Shown piece by piece: positions 28,055 through 37,649 of a DNA stretch of 64,000 nucleotides (its first letter is position 1; the number at the start of each line of letters is the position of its first letter). This DNA is from Pirellulales bacterium (GTDB lineage Bacteria; Planctomycetota; Planctomycetia; Pirellulales; Lacipirellulaceae), in assembly GCA_022841705.1 (NCBI GenBank), contig JALHQZ010000005.1, forward strand, positions 33,223-97,222, in the 5' to 3' direction. Under the pieces are notes generated by a model. It made no database searches. It was not told the DNA's origin and saw only the letters and a program-made list of their open reading frames with translations. A program made the translations under genes and the position numbers.

Positions 28055-30262
28055 ATGCAATTTCCTTACCGACTGAAATGGCCCATTCTCGTGCTCAGTC
28101 TCAGCAGCGCAGTCTTTTCCGGGGCCATCGCAGCAACGCCGCCACGGCCCAACATCCTGTACATTTTCGCCGATGACTTGGGTTGGGGCACCGGGCAGTT
28201 CAATAACCCCGATTCGCCGATCGTCACCCCCAACTTGAACGCTCTTGCTCAGCGGGGCCTCAACTTCACGCGGCACTACGCGGCCACGGTCTGCTCGCCG
28301 TCGCGCAGCATGTTGTACACCGGCTTCCACACCGGGCACGGCTCAAACGATCGAAATGCAAACATCAACTCCGGCCTGCGGCCGCAAGAAGTCACGGTGG
28401 GCGAAATCCTCCGCTCGGCTGGTTACGCCACCAGCGTGTGGGGGAAGTGGGGCTGGGGTGGCTCGCAGAGTAACGATCAATCCGACCTGCGTGCAAACCC
28501 GGTCATCCACCTTCCCGCCGCGCTCCCCACGCGCCAGGGGTTTGACACTTTCTATGGTTACTTGAATCACACCCGCGCCCATTCGTACTTCGTTGATTCG
28601 CTGTGGACCACCGTGGAACCTGCCGAGCAGAAAAAATATCACTCTGCGCCCGCCGAAGGGTTGTGGCTCGAACGCACCGGCAACACCGCTGAAACTCCGC
28701 ACGCAGCTTACACCCATGATCTCGTTGCGGCCAAAGCGGAAGCGTACATCGCTTCGCGCGCTGGCCAGCCCGATCCGTTCCTGATGATGGTCTGCTTCAC
28801 CACGCCTCACCAGCGACTCGATCATATCTCGCGCTCGCCAAACGGCCTTGGCCAGTACGCGAACCACCCCACCATGAGCCAACGCGAAAAAGAACACGCG
28901 GCGATGGTCACCCGAATGGATGCGAGCATCGGCGCGCTGATTGCTCGCCTCGCGGACCCCAACGCCGATGGCGATTCGGCCGACAGCCTGCTCGCCAACA
29001 CGCTCATCCTGTTCAGCTCCGATAATGGCCCCACGCCGGAGACGGGCCTCGATAAGTCGGGCCTCATCAATCTCGACCTGACGGGCGGCCTGCGCGGTGG
29101 CAAGCGCGATCTCTACGAAGGGGGCATCCGCACGCCGCTGTTGGTCCGCTGGGATGCAGCGATCACGGCCGAACGTCGCGGGACAAAAATCTCTCGGCCC
29201 ACCGAGCTTACGGACTTCATCTCGACCGCGGCCGACCTTGCAGGCGCTCAGGCGCCGCTTGGCATCGATGGCGTTTCGCTCGCGCCGACCATTACGAGCC
29301 GCGGCATGCAACGCCAGCGGCTCCCCTTGGTGTCCGAGAACTTCGAAATCAGTCAAACAGCTAACCCCAATTCCGATTGGTCTATCGTGGATGGCGACGA
29401 CAAACTCATCAAGTTTCGCTCCGGCAAATTCGAACTGTACGATCTGGTGACCGACCCCGCTGAAAAAGCGCCGCTCGATCTCACGCTGGAAGCGAACCGC
29501 TCACGCCAACAACGGCTTAAAGCGATCGCACTTGCGGAAGGCGTTGGCCAGCCCGATAGCTACTGCGTGGAGTATGCACAGTGGATCGGCGCCGAGGGCG
29601 GCGAGCTGATTGACGCGGCGAATTGGAGTCTCAACGCTTACCCGCAACCGACTTGGATCACCGTGATTAGCAACAGCGCGACGACCCCTTCCACGGTTCA
29701 CACCAACGGGCAAATCTCCACGTTAGCGCTTGAAGTCCGCGGCGAACACGGCTTACAGTCATTGCTAGTTGAAGGACGTGGCGAAGTGAGCGGCCGAAAT
29801 GAAGTCCGCGTGAACCGCGGTGGGCGGATTATGCTTGCCGGTGGGCGCGTTGGCTCCTCACGTTGGATCGATGTCCTCCCCGGTGGTGAACTCCTCGGTA
29901 GCGGAGAGCTTCGCGGGGACGTATTCTGCGCCGGCCTTCTTTCGCCCGGCGACAAATCGCTCGGCGGAATTAGCTTTCGGGACGATGTGCATCTCCTCCC
30001 CGAGTCCATCGTGCAAATTCATCTGGATGACGAGGATAGCGATCGACTCACCGCCACCGGCGACTTGAAACTCGATGGCGAGTTAAAAATCGCGTTGATA
30101 GAGAACACTCGAATACAAGCGGGCCGAACGTTCGATGTGCTCGTCGCCGGAAGCGTAACCGGCAAGTTCCGCAAGGTTGAATTACCGCCGCTCGCCGACA
30201 ATCTGACGCTGCGGCTGCGCTACCTGCCGGATCGCGTGCAATTGCTTGTGGAAACGCGTTAA
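28055..30262 (+). CDS. sulfatase (arylsulfatase-A family) with a ~270-aa C-terminal extension
   Basis: Start trimmed to MQFPYRLKWPILVLSLSSAVFSGAIA (signal peptide). It has the FGly motif CSPSRSMLYTG and the metal-binding motifs IFADDLGWG and GKWGWGG. The C-terminal third is an extra domain. Confidence 0.85.
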   Translation: MQFPYRLKWPILVLSLSSAVFSGAIAATPPRPNILYIFADDLGWGTGQFNNPDSPIVTPNLNALAQRGLNFTRHYAATVCSPSRSMLYTGFHTGHGSNDRNANINSGLRPQEVTVGEILRSAGYATSVWGKWGWGGSQSNDQSDLRANPVIHLPAALPTRQGFDTFYGYLNHTRAHSYFVDSLWTTVEPAEQKKYHSAPAEGLWLERTGNTAETPHAAYTHDLVAAKAEAYIASRAGQPDPFLMMVCFTTPHQRLDHISRSPNGLGQYANHPTMSQREKEHAAMVTRMDASIGALIARLADPNADGDSADSLLANTLILFSSDNGPTPETGLDKSGLINLDLTGGLRGGKRDLYEGGIRTPLLVRWDAAITAERRGTKISRPTELTDFISTAADLAGAQAPLGIDGVSLAPTITSRGMQRQRLPLVSENFEISQTANPNSDWSIVDGDDKLIKFRSGKFELYDLVTDPAEKAPLDLTLEANRSRQQRLKAIALAEGVGQPDSYCVEYAQWIGAEGGELIDAANWSLNAYPQPTWITVISNSATTPSTVHTNGQISTLALEVRGEHGLQSLLVEGRGEVSGRNEVRVNRGGRIMLAGGRVGSSRWIDVLPGGELLGSGELRGDVFCAGLLSPGDKSLGGISFRDDVHLLPESIVQIHLDDEDSDRLTATGDLKLDGELKIALIENTRIQAGRTFDVLVAGSVTGKFRKVELPPLADNLTLRLRYLPDRVQLLVETR

Positions 30263-30429
30263 AATCCAACTACGAAAGAGCAAAGGGCTCACCAAACACG
30301 TAAACTCGCAATTTAGTCCGTTTATCTTTGACTTAGCGGAACTAGGGCAGTTAGAATTAGGGCACGTCGGCGAGCAGCAACGACGAAACGTCTCACGAAG
30401 CCCACACCTTTTGAGAGCTTGAGGTCGCC

Positions 30430-31146
30430 ATGACACGATTCGCAGATTTGCTGTCCGCAGTGATCGGGATGGTCGGTTGCAATTTCGCTCTCGCCGTTTC
30501 GGTCCCGCTGGTCGCGATGGATCCCAGGAACAGCAACTTTGCGGAGCCGCACTCAAATGGTACCTGGGGCTTCACCTTCACGCTCACCTCCCCAGTGGTC
30601 GCCACGCATGTCGGTTGGCACGACGAGGGGCAGAATGGGCTGTCTCATGCTCACCGCATCGGCTTGTGGTACGGTAGCTTTCCGGGGACGCAATTACTTG
30701 GGGAAGTCACCCCGACCGATGGATTGGGTGTTGAAGTTCCCGCTGGTACGAGCGCCGAGCTCGACGGTCCGTGGCGCAAGGTTCCAATCCTCGGTGGGCC
30801 GACCATCCTAGCGCCGGGTGATTACTGTCTCGCCGGTACCGATGCACTTACCTCGACGGACTCCGTCGTGTACACGCCGGCCTTAATCCCCATGCCCCCC
30901 GATTTTCTGGAAGTGATACTTGCGGAAGGTCGAGGAACCATTGGATCACCAGCTTTTTCAGAGGTGCCAGGCTTCAATCGACCTGCCTTTGAAATTCTCG
31001 TTTTCGGTGTCGCCACAGGTCCGATGCTTTTTGTCGAACCGATCCCCGAACCCTCCGCGGTGTTGACGGCGGTGGTGATCGGGGGAGGTCTGCTCGTCGC
31101 GGGCCGGATTCGGTCGACGCGCGCTCCGCTCGCGCGTCGCGGCTAA
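30430..31146 (+). CDS. PEP-CTERM sorting-domain protein
   Basis: The C-terminus IPEPSAVLTAVVIGGGLLVAGRIRSTRAPLARRG is a PEP motif followed by a TM helix and basic tail. An N-terminal signal peptide is present. Confidence 0.7.
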   Translation: MTRFADLLSAVIGMVGCNFALAVSVPLVAMDPRNSNFAEPHSNGTWGFTFTLTSPVVATHVGWHDEGQNGLSHAHRIGLWYGSFPGTQLLGEVTPTDGLGVEVPAGTSAELDGPWRKVPILGGPTILAPGDYCLAGTDALTSTDSVVYTPALIPMPPDFLEVILAEGRGTIGSPAFSEVPGFNRPAFEILVFGVATGPMLFVEPIPEPSAVLTAVVIGGGLLVAGRIRSTRAPLARRG

Positions 31147-31148
31147 CG

Positions 31149-32879
31149 CTACCGCGGCGCCTTCACCGGCCGCAGCGCTTCGCCATTCTCTTCAACCACC
31201 GGCGACTCCTTCGGCCCCGCGTTGCTCATCAGCGACGCTAAGCTCTCGGGGATATCCACGCCACCGATGTCCTTGAGCACCTGCATCATCGGGGGCAGCG
31301 TGCCGGCCATGCCGTGCAGGAAGTCGGCGGTGCTCGAGCGACCATTCTTGCCGCCGTTTTCCCACACCACCACTTTGTCGAACTTGATGTTGCTGATCGC
31401 CTTGGCGCTCGACTCGGCCAGGTTGTCGAGGTGTTCGAGCATCATCAGTTGGAACGCTTCGCGGGCGCCGCCGCACGCTTCGACGATTTGCTTGAGGCCC
31501 TCGCCCTTCTTCGCCAGAATCTCGTACTGGCCCTTCGCTTCGGCGGCCAGCTTGGCGTAGATGGCGGCCGCTTCGCCCTCGGCTTCCAGGCGCCGCTTTT
31601 GGGCTTCGGCTTCCGCTTCGACGATGATCCGCGCCTTGGCCGCTTTGGCCGGGGCTTCGAACTTGGCCCGCTGTTCCGCTTCGATCCGTTCGGCGTCGGC
31701 GAGCGCCGCCTTGGCCATCGCGATGTTCTGCGCTTCAATCACCGCCGCTTCGGCGGCCCGCTTGCGCGTTTCGCCCTTTTCGTACGCTTCGGCCTTTTGC
31801 ACCAACAGCGTCGCTTGCGACTGGGCTACCTTCGCCTCAGCCACGTTTTCGCCATCCACCGCCGCGGCGTTCGCTTCGGCCACGCTCACGCGCTTCGCCT
31901 TCTCGGCTTCCTTCACCTGCACTTCGCGCTCGAAGGCGGCCTGCTGCTCCGCAACGGTTTGTTCCTTGAGCATTTGCGCCATGCGAATCGCTTGATCGCG
32001 CTCCGCTTCACGCTCGCCGAGGGTTTGTTCCTTGTTGAGCTCCGCCACGCGGACCGCTTGTTCGCGAGTTGCTTCCCGCGTGCCGATTTCGCGGAGCTTG
32101 GTGGCGTTGGCGACGCTGACCGTCTTTTCGCGGTCCGCCTCGGCCACGCGGATTTCCCCCTGTTTCACTTCGGTCGCCACATCGCCGCGGGCTTGTTGAA
32201 TCGCTTGCGAAGCGGCCTTCTGGCCAATCGCATCGATGTAGCCGCTTTCGTCGGTGATGTCGGTAATGTTGACGTTAATCAGCACCAGGCCGATCTTCTT
32301 CAGCTCCGGCTCGACCGAGTTTTGAATGTGCTGCAGGAACGTGTCGCGTTCGCGGTTGATCTCCTCGATCTTCATCGAGGCGATTACCTGCCGCAGTTGC
32401 CCGAAGATAATTTCCTCGGCCTGCTTGCGAATGTCCTGGCTGGAAAGGTCGAGCAAACGAATCGCCGCGTTGCTCATTACATCCGGCGTGGTGCCGATGG
32501 CGACCGTGAACACACTCGGCACATTGACGCGGATGTTCTCGCTCGAGAGGGCTCCACGCAGCGGGATTTCGATTTGAATCGGTTCCAGGCTGAGATAGCG
32601 GTAGTCTTGAATGACAGGGAACACGAACGTCCCTCCGCCATGAACCGTCTTCGCCGTCCGATCTTTGCCGGTCATGGCGCCGAAGACCACCAGCACTTGG
32701 TTGCTGCTGCACCGCTTGTAAACGCTTTTGATGAAGCCGAGGATCACGAACAGCAGCAAGGTGCAGGCTACCGCAACGAGTGTCCATAAAACACCCGAAG
32801 GCAAGTCGCGCAGAGAAAATTCTGCCAGGATTCCGATTGGTGTCGTTGACATTGGTTGTCCTTTGACGATTGAAAGCAA
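31149..32879 (-). CDS. flotillin-like SPFH/band-7 protein (YqiK/FloA-like)
   Basis: 576 aa with an N-terminal TM helix, an SPFH domain, and a long EA-rich coiled coil (AEAEAQKRRLEAEGEAAAIYAKLAAEAKG). Confidence 0.85.
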   Translation of the reverse strand: MLSIVKGQPMSTTPIGILAEFSLRDLPSGVLWTLVAVACTLLLFVILGFIKSVYKRCSSNQVLVVFGAMTGKDRTAKTVHGGGTFVFPVIQDYRYLSLEPIQIEIPLRGALSSENIRVNVPSVFTVAIGTTPDVMSNAAIRLLDLSSQDIRKQAEEIIFGQLRQVIASMKIEEINRERDTFLQHIQNSVEPELKKIGLVLINVNITDITDESGYIDAIGQKAASQAIQQARGDVATEVKQGEIRVAEADREKTVSVANATKLREIGTREATREQAVRVAELNKEQTLGEREAERDQAIRMAQMLKEQTVAEQQAAFEREVQVKEAEKAKRVSVAEANAAAVDGENVAEAKVAQSQATLLVQKAEAYEKGETRKRAAEAAVIEAQNIAMAKAALADAERIEAEQRAKFEAPAKAAKARIIVEAEAEAQKRRLEAEGEAAAIYAKLAAEAKGQYEILAKKGEGLKQIVEACGGAREAFQLMMLEHLDNLAESSAKAISNIKFDKVVVWENGGKNGRSSTADFLHGMAGTLPPMMQVLKDIGGVDIPESLASLMSNAGPKESPVVEENGEALRPVKAPR

Positions 32880-33473
32880 CTAACTTATTGAGGATGTTGC
32901 ACGTACAACACGCACGGTGTCACTTGAAATAATTTCGACAACGACGACATCCTCGCCGGACGGCAGTCGCACATCTTCGTCGGTGATCGCTTGGTACTCG
33001 ACAGTTCTTCCTTGCATGGAAAGTTGCACTTTTCCGCTACCCTGCGACTTGGCTGGTATCGCTACGTAGACTTTCGCTGGCTGATCGAGAGCGAGTTGAA
33101 TGTTCTCATTGCCGGATGACTCGAGTCGGCCCAACTGTTTGAAGAGCCAGTAAACGGTGTAAAGCGCTGCGCCCCCGGCCGCTGTCGCGAAAGTCGCCGC
33201 GGTCGTCGAACTGGCGCCGTGCGATAAGGCAACAAGCCCGATCAATCCGAAGAAGGTCGCAGCCGCGCTCAAGGTGCGAATCGAAAGCAATTCATAAAAC
33301 CAACCAAACGAACTGTCACCATCACTCGATAGGTCGGGTACGTCCAAGTCGTCGCTCGCGAAACCCAACAGCATCAGCCCCAACTGCACCACGAGTATCG
33401 TGCCGCCGATGATCGCCGAATACAGAAATAATGTGCTAAGCATGGGACGGGTGTGTCCAAGGACCTTTCGCAA
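32880..33473 (-). CDS. NfeD-like membrane protein (flotillin partner, YqiJ-like)
   Basis: It lies immediately upstream of and 1 bp apart from the flotillin gene. It has two TM helices and a C-terminal OB-fold-like segment VEYQAITDEDVRLPSGEDVVVVEI. Confidence 0.7.
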   Translation of the reverse strand: MRKVLGHTRPMLSTLFLYSAIIGGTILVVQLGLMLLGFASDDLDVPDLSSDGDSSFGWFYELLSIRTLSAAATFFGLIGLVALSHGASSTTAATFATAAGGAALYTVYWLFKQLGRLESSGNENIQLALDQPAKVYVAIPAKSQGSGKVQLSMQGRTVEYQAITDEDVRLPSGEDVVVVEIISSDTVRVVRATSSIS

Positions 33474-33581
33474 GTTTATGCCGCCGAGCGGGCTGTTTCA
33501 GCTACATTTCGTCGGCCAACCGCAATTCTTGGCGAAAATCGCCGGGCCGATTAGTTCGAGAAGGAGGGTTGTGCCGCCATT

Positions 33582-33662
33582 GTAGCAGGCACGGTCCCCG
33601 TGCCGTTGCCCCGAGTTGGAGTCTACCCTCGCAGAAACGGCACGGGGACCGTGCCTGCTACT
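33582..33662. promoter_or_regulatory. 81-nt hairpin with a perfect 26-bp stem (GTAGCAGGCACGGTCCCCGTGCCGTT / AACGGCACGGGGACCGTGCCTGCTAC) and a 29-nt loop
   Basis: Each arm contains the internal palindrome GGCACGG-N3-CCGTGCC. It lies in the divergent region between nfeD (start 33473, minus strand) and the 33741 plus-strand gene. Confidence 0.8.
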
Positions 33663-33740
33663 TTGGGCCGCATTGACGCCAACCGCCATGGCCGGGAAAC
33701 TAAGGGGCGAATCGGACTCGCGTTCCCACGGAAGTTTCCC

Positions 33741-34250
33741 ATGCTGAAGCCGCTGTTTGCCCTCGCCCTGCTCGTCGCCATCGCCCACGCCGCACCGCCG
33801 GCCGTGCAGCTTTCGGACGATCACCAGCAAATGTCCACCGTGAAAGTGGGCGACGCGTGGCCCGCGCTCGCGCTGAAAACCACCGCCGGCGCCGAAGCCA
33901 AGTGGGCCGAGCAGCAAGGCGCCAAAGCAACCGTGGTCGGCGTGACTACAGCGGGCGGCTGGATGTCGAAGGGCCTGCGGAAAGATTTGGCGGCAGACAT
34001 CGCCACGCCGCTGGCCGACGAAGGCGTGAAAGCCGTGGCGATCACGGTTGGCCCCCCCGCGGGTGCGACCGAAGGTCTCACCACGCTTTCCGACACCGAT
34101 GGCTCCGCCTTCGCCAAGCTCGGCACAGGCCGCCTGCCACGCGTCTATGTGCTCGATGCCGCTGGCAAGATCGTGTGGTTCGATCTCGAGTACACGAACT
34201 CCAGCCGCCGGGAACTTAAGGCGACGCTGGATGAGCTGTTGGCGAAGTAG
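33741..34250 (+). CDS. hypothetical secreted protein
   Basis: Start trimmed to MLKPLFALALLVAIAHAA (signal peptide) in a 169-aa protein. It may have a thioredoxin-like fold, but this is unproven. Confidence 0.5.
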   Translation: MLKPLFALALLVAIAHAAPPAVQLSDDHQQMSTVKVGDAWPALALKTTAGAEAKWAEQQGAKATVVGVTTAGGWMSKGLRKDLAADIATPLADEGVKAVAITVGPPAGATEGLTTLSDTDGSAFAKLGTGRLPRVYVLDAAGKIVWFDLEYTNSSRRELKATLDELLAK

Positions 34251-35331
34251 TTGATCCTACGGAGCCCTTCGCCCGGCGCCACAGCGCCGAGAGCTCATTC
34301 CACAGCGACGTGCTCACTGTTTTGCGGTACGGCGAATCACTCGGCAAATCACGCATCAGTCGCCGGTGCGCCTCGGCCATCGCGTGGTACGGCATCGAGG
34401 GGAAGATGTGGTGCAGCGCGTGGAAGCGTAAACCCACCGGCGCCCAGAGCCCTGTGAGCAACGGCCGGCGGTCGTAGGTCACGCTATCGAGCATTTGCTC
34501 AACAAAACTCATCTCGCCGCCGTTGTTGAGCCAACGATGGGCGCCCAGCGTGCGGAGCGCGTTGATCGTCACCACGAACACGCCGGTCGCATACGCGTGC
34601 GGCAGAAACCACGGACCCAATCGGCCGGTGCCATAAGCCAAGCCGCGGAAGACGCCGATGCTCATCACCACGATGAATAAGAAGCACCCCAGCTCTTGCC
34701 AACGGATAATGCGGAGCGTTTGTTTGGTTGGCAGCGGCCGCAAATACATGGGATCGATAATCATGCTCGACGCATGGCGATGAACCCAATCGCGCGTCGG
34801 CGTGCTAAGCCACGTGAGCGGCGTGAGGATGCCAAACCGCACAATCGCGAGAATCGGAATCACAAAACTCTGCGCGAAATACCCAACAATCCACCACGGC
34901 GAACGGTTCGAAAGCGGCAGGTACTCACCATCTTCCTTGGTGCCGTAGTGCTTGCGGCGATGGTGGTCGACGTGAGTGTAGTACACGAAGCTCGGAATGA
35001 GGAACGGAATTCCACAGAGCAGATTCCACACCACCCGAAACGAGCGGAGCTTTTCCTCGGGGATGTGCATCAGCTCGTGGATGAACAACCCGCAGCGGTA
35101 CATGAGGAGACTCGACACCAAAAAGCAGACCACTCGCCAGGGCCAATCGATGCCCGGCCCCCGGACCAACCCGAACGCGATGACGGCGACCGACCAGCTC
35201 ACCAGGAAGTCGGTCCAATAGATCCACTCGACCGGGCGGAAGAACTCGCCGACGATGCTGCGGGCCTGGGCGAGCGAAAACTCGGGCCGGTGGTCGGTGG
35301 CGGCGGCGATTTTGGACGGTGCAATCGGCAT
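34216..35331 (-). CDS. membrane fatty-acid desaturase-family protein
   Basis: Histidine boxes HELMH, HVDHH and HALHHIFP, with multiple TM helices. Confidence 0.8.
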   Translation of the reverse strand: MPIAPSKIAAATDHRPEFSLAQARSIVGEFFRPVEWIYWTDFLVSWSVAVIAFGLVRGPGIDWPWRVVCFLVSSLLMYRCGLFIHELMHIPEEKLRSFRVVWNLLCGIPFLIPSFVYYTHVDHHRRKHYGTKEDGEYLPLSNRSPWWIVGYFAQSFVIPILAIVRFGILTPLTWLSTPTRDWVHRHASSMIIDPMYLRPLPTKQTLRIIRWQELGCFLFIVVMSIGVFRGLAYGTGRLGPWFLPHAYATGVFVVTINALRTLGAHRWLNNGGEMSFVEQMLDSVTYDRRPLLTGLWAPVGLRFHALHHIFPSMPYHAMAEAHRRLMRDLPSDSPYRKTVSTSLWNELSALWRRAKGSVGSTTSPTAHPASP

Positions 35332-35614
35332 GGCTGGCGCGGTTTTACTAACGCGAAATCCTTCACTTATTATTGGCGGCGCGGGGGCCGAATGTAAGTC
35401 GAAGGGGTGTTTCCCGCAAAAATCCCCCTGGGCGACGATTTGAGAACCACCGCCTCCCTAAGTACACTGCCACTGGGGGCATCACATTTGCTGGGCAGAG
35501 CGTACTTATTCCTTCGACTGCGCTCCGCTCGGGGGGCGAGTCGAGGGCCACTTGTAGCGATTAACACAGGCGTGCCTCTGCATCATAACAGGGTCACGGC
35601 GTGGTTGTGCCATC

Positions 35615-36862
35615 ATGAGCGATGTCGTCATCACCGGCCTCGGCATCGTCTCCCCGCTCGGGGTTGGCGCCGATGTTGTGTGGCAGGCGATTCTCGCACG
35701 GCAGAGCGGCGTCCGGCCGATTCCCCGCTTCGCCGAGATGGGCTGGATCGCGCCGTTCGGCGCCGAAGTGCAGGGCTTTGATCCTAAGGAGTACGTCACC
35801 CCGCGCAAAAGCTTGAAGGTGATGGCGCCTGAAATTCAGTTCGCCTTCGCCGCCGCGGAGCAAGCGAGTCGAATGGCGGGGCTGGAAGAAGGCAGCGTGA
35901 CGCCCGAACGTTTTGGCGTGGTCTGCGGCGGCGGGATGATGTACTGCGAGTTCGATGAACTCGAAGCGCCGTTCAAAGCGAGCATCAACGGCAAGGGCTT
36001 TGACATGCGCGCGTGGGGCGCCGAGGGAATGCGGCTCCTGTTCCCGCTGTGGATGCTGAAGTATCTGCCGAATATGTCGGCCTGCCATGTGGGGATTCAT
36101 CGCGACGCGCGCGGACCGACGAACACGATTGCGCATGGCGATGTTTCGAGTCTCTTGAGCATCGGCGAAGCGGCCGACTGCATCCGCCGGGGTCATGCCG
36201 ACGTGATGCTCGCCGGCGGCAGTGGTTCGCGATTGCATTTGACCGATCTGTTGTGGCGGCGTGGGGCCGGCCTCACGCTGGCCGGCGATGAACCCGCTGC
36301 GGCGAGTCGGCCCTTCGAACTTAATCGCCAAGGGATGGTGTGCGGCGAAGGCTGCGCGATGTTCGTGCTGGAAAGCGTTGCGCACGCCGAACGTCGCAAA
36401 GCCAAGCCAATCGCGAAAATTGCCGGATTTGGTTCACGATTTGAGCCGAGCGCTGCTTCGCGTCAACCAACTGGTCAAGCGATTGAAAACGCATTACGCT
36501 TCGCGCTGGAGCAAAGCGGCGAACCAAGGATTGCGTTCGTCAAAGCGCACGGCAACGCGATGCGCCATTCCGATCAGATTGAAGCCCAAGCGATTCACCG
36601 CGTGCTGGGCGACACACCCGTCACCGCGCCCACGAGTTACTTCGGCGAGCTCGGCGCCGGCGGCGGCGCGGTGGAACTTGCCGTTGCGCTGCTCGGTATA
36701 CAGCACAACGTGATTCCACCAACGCTGAACTACGATGAGCCCGATCCGCAATGCCCGGTGAACGTCATCACCGCACCGCAACCGATTGGTGGGAACACGA
36801 TTGTGGCGATTAATCACACGCCGACTGGACAGGCCGCGGCGCTGGTGCTGACGAAAGCATGA
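35615..36862 (+). CDS. fabF: beta-ketoacyl-[ACP] synthase (KAS II-like)
   Basis: MSDVVITGLGIVSPLG is a typical KAS N-terminus. The active-site region ACHVG and a C-terminal Gly-rich region are present. Confidence 0.8.
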   Translation: MSDVVITGLGIVSPLGVGADVVWQAILARQSGVRPIPRFAEMGWIAPFGAEVQGFDPKEYVTPRKSLKVMAPEIQFAFAAAEQASRMAGLEEGSVTPERFGVVCGGGMMYCEFDELEAPFKASINGKGFDMRAWGAEGMRLLFPLWMLKYLPNMSACHVGIHRDARGPTNTIAHGDVSSLLSIGEAADCIRRGHADVMLAGGSGSRLHLTDLLWRRGAGLTLAGDEPAAASRPFELNRQGMVCGEGCAMFVLESVAHAERRKAKPIAKIAGFGSRFEPSAASRQPTGQAIENALRFALEQSGEPRIAFVKAHGNAMRHSDQIEAQAIHRVLGDTPVTAPTSYFGELGAGGGAVELAVALLGIQHNVIPPTLNYDEPDPQCPVNVITAPQPIGGNTIVAINHTPTGQAAALVLTKA

Positions 36863-36866
36863 ATCT

Positions 36867-36952
36867 ATCAGCCGCCACGCTCTAGCGTCCGGTCGTTCAG
36901 AATGCGGCGCAAATCACTACCAGCGACCGGACGCTAGCGCGTGGCGGCTGAT
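36867..36952. repeat. REP-like hairpin element, family A copy 2
   Basis: It shares the termini ATCAGCCGCC/GGCGGCTGAT and the central GCTAGC with copy 1. The arms carry compensatory substitutions that preserve pairing. It starts 5 bp after the fabF stop. Confidence 0.85.
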
Positions 36953-37649
36953 GTCGCGATTCGTCTACGGCAAGAACGGCCGCAGAGTGCGGACTTCGGT
37001 GGCGCCGTTGGCGGAGGCCAGTCGCTCAGCGGTCGCAACGCCGCGCTCGGTGTTGCGCGTTTGCAGCGCCACGACGAGGCCCACGATCCAGGCCAGCACA
37101 AAGCCGACCACTTCGCCACACAAAAACAGTTGCCGCCAGGAAACAGTTCGGAGAGACATTGTCTTACTTCGCCAATCACGCCCGCTTGCCTCTGATGCCC
37201 GAATCCTCCGGACATCCATCACAAGCGCAATTACACTGCAAATCTTCACAGTCGGCAAGGTCACTCGCTTTGCGGCGTGCTAGCGTGAGGCAGACTTTCT
37301 AGTCTGCCGGAAGTGGGTCCCAGCGTGGCCCAAAGATGGCTAGCCGAAATTGGCGGCGACGGCGGAATGTTTCGGGCGGCTGCCGCGTCTCAATTGGCAG
37401 GCTAGAAAGCCTGCCCTCCGGAAGGCCCGCAAAATCGGCCCAAAATGTCCGATCGCCAGGCTTTTCGCCGGAGTCAAAATCTATCCCCCCCGATTGCGGC
37501 ATGGTATGATGCAAGGCTACGGCCCAGCCGCTAGTGCCGGCTAAGTTTGCTAGCACTCGCCGCTGGGTTCCCGCCGAATTGTCGCCCTTCCCCGGTGAAG
37601 CGGCTTTCCAAAAATTGTTCCTAAGTGATTGGTTCTGTTCGAGGTCGCA

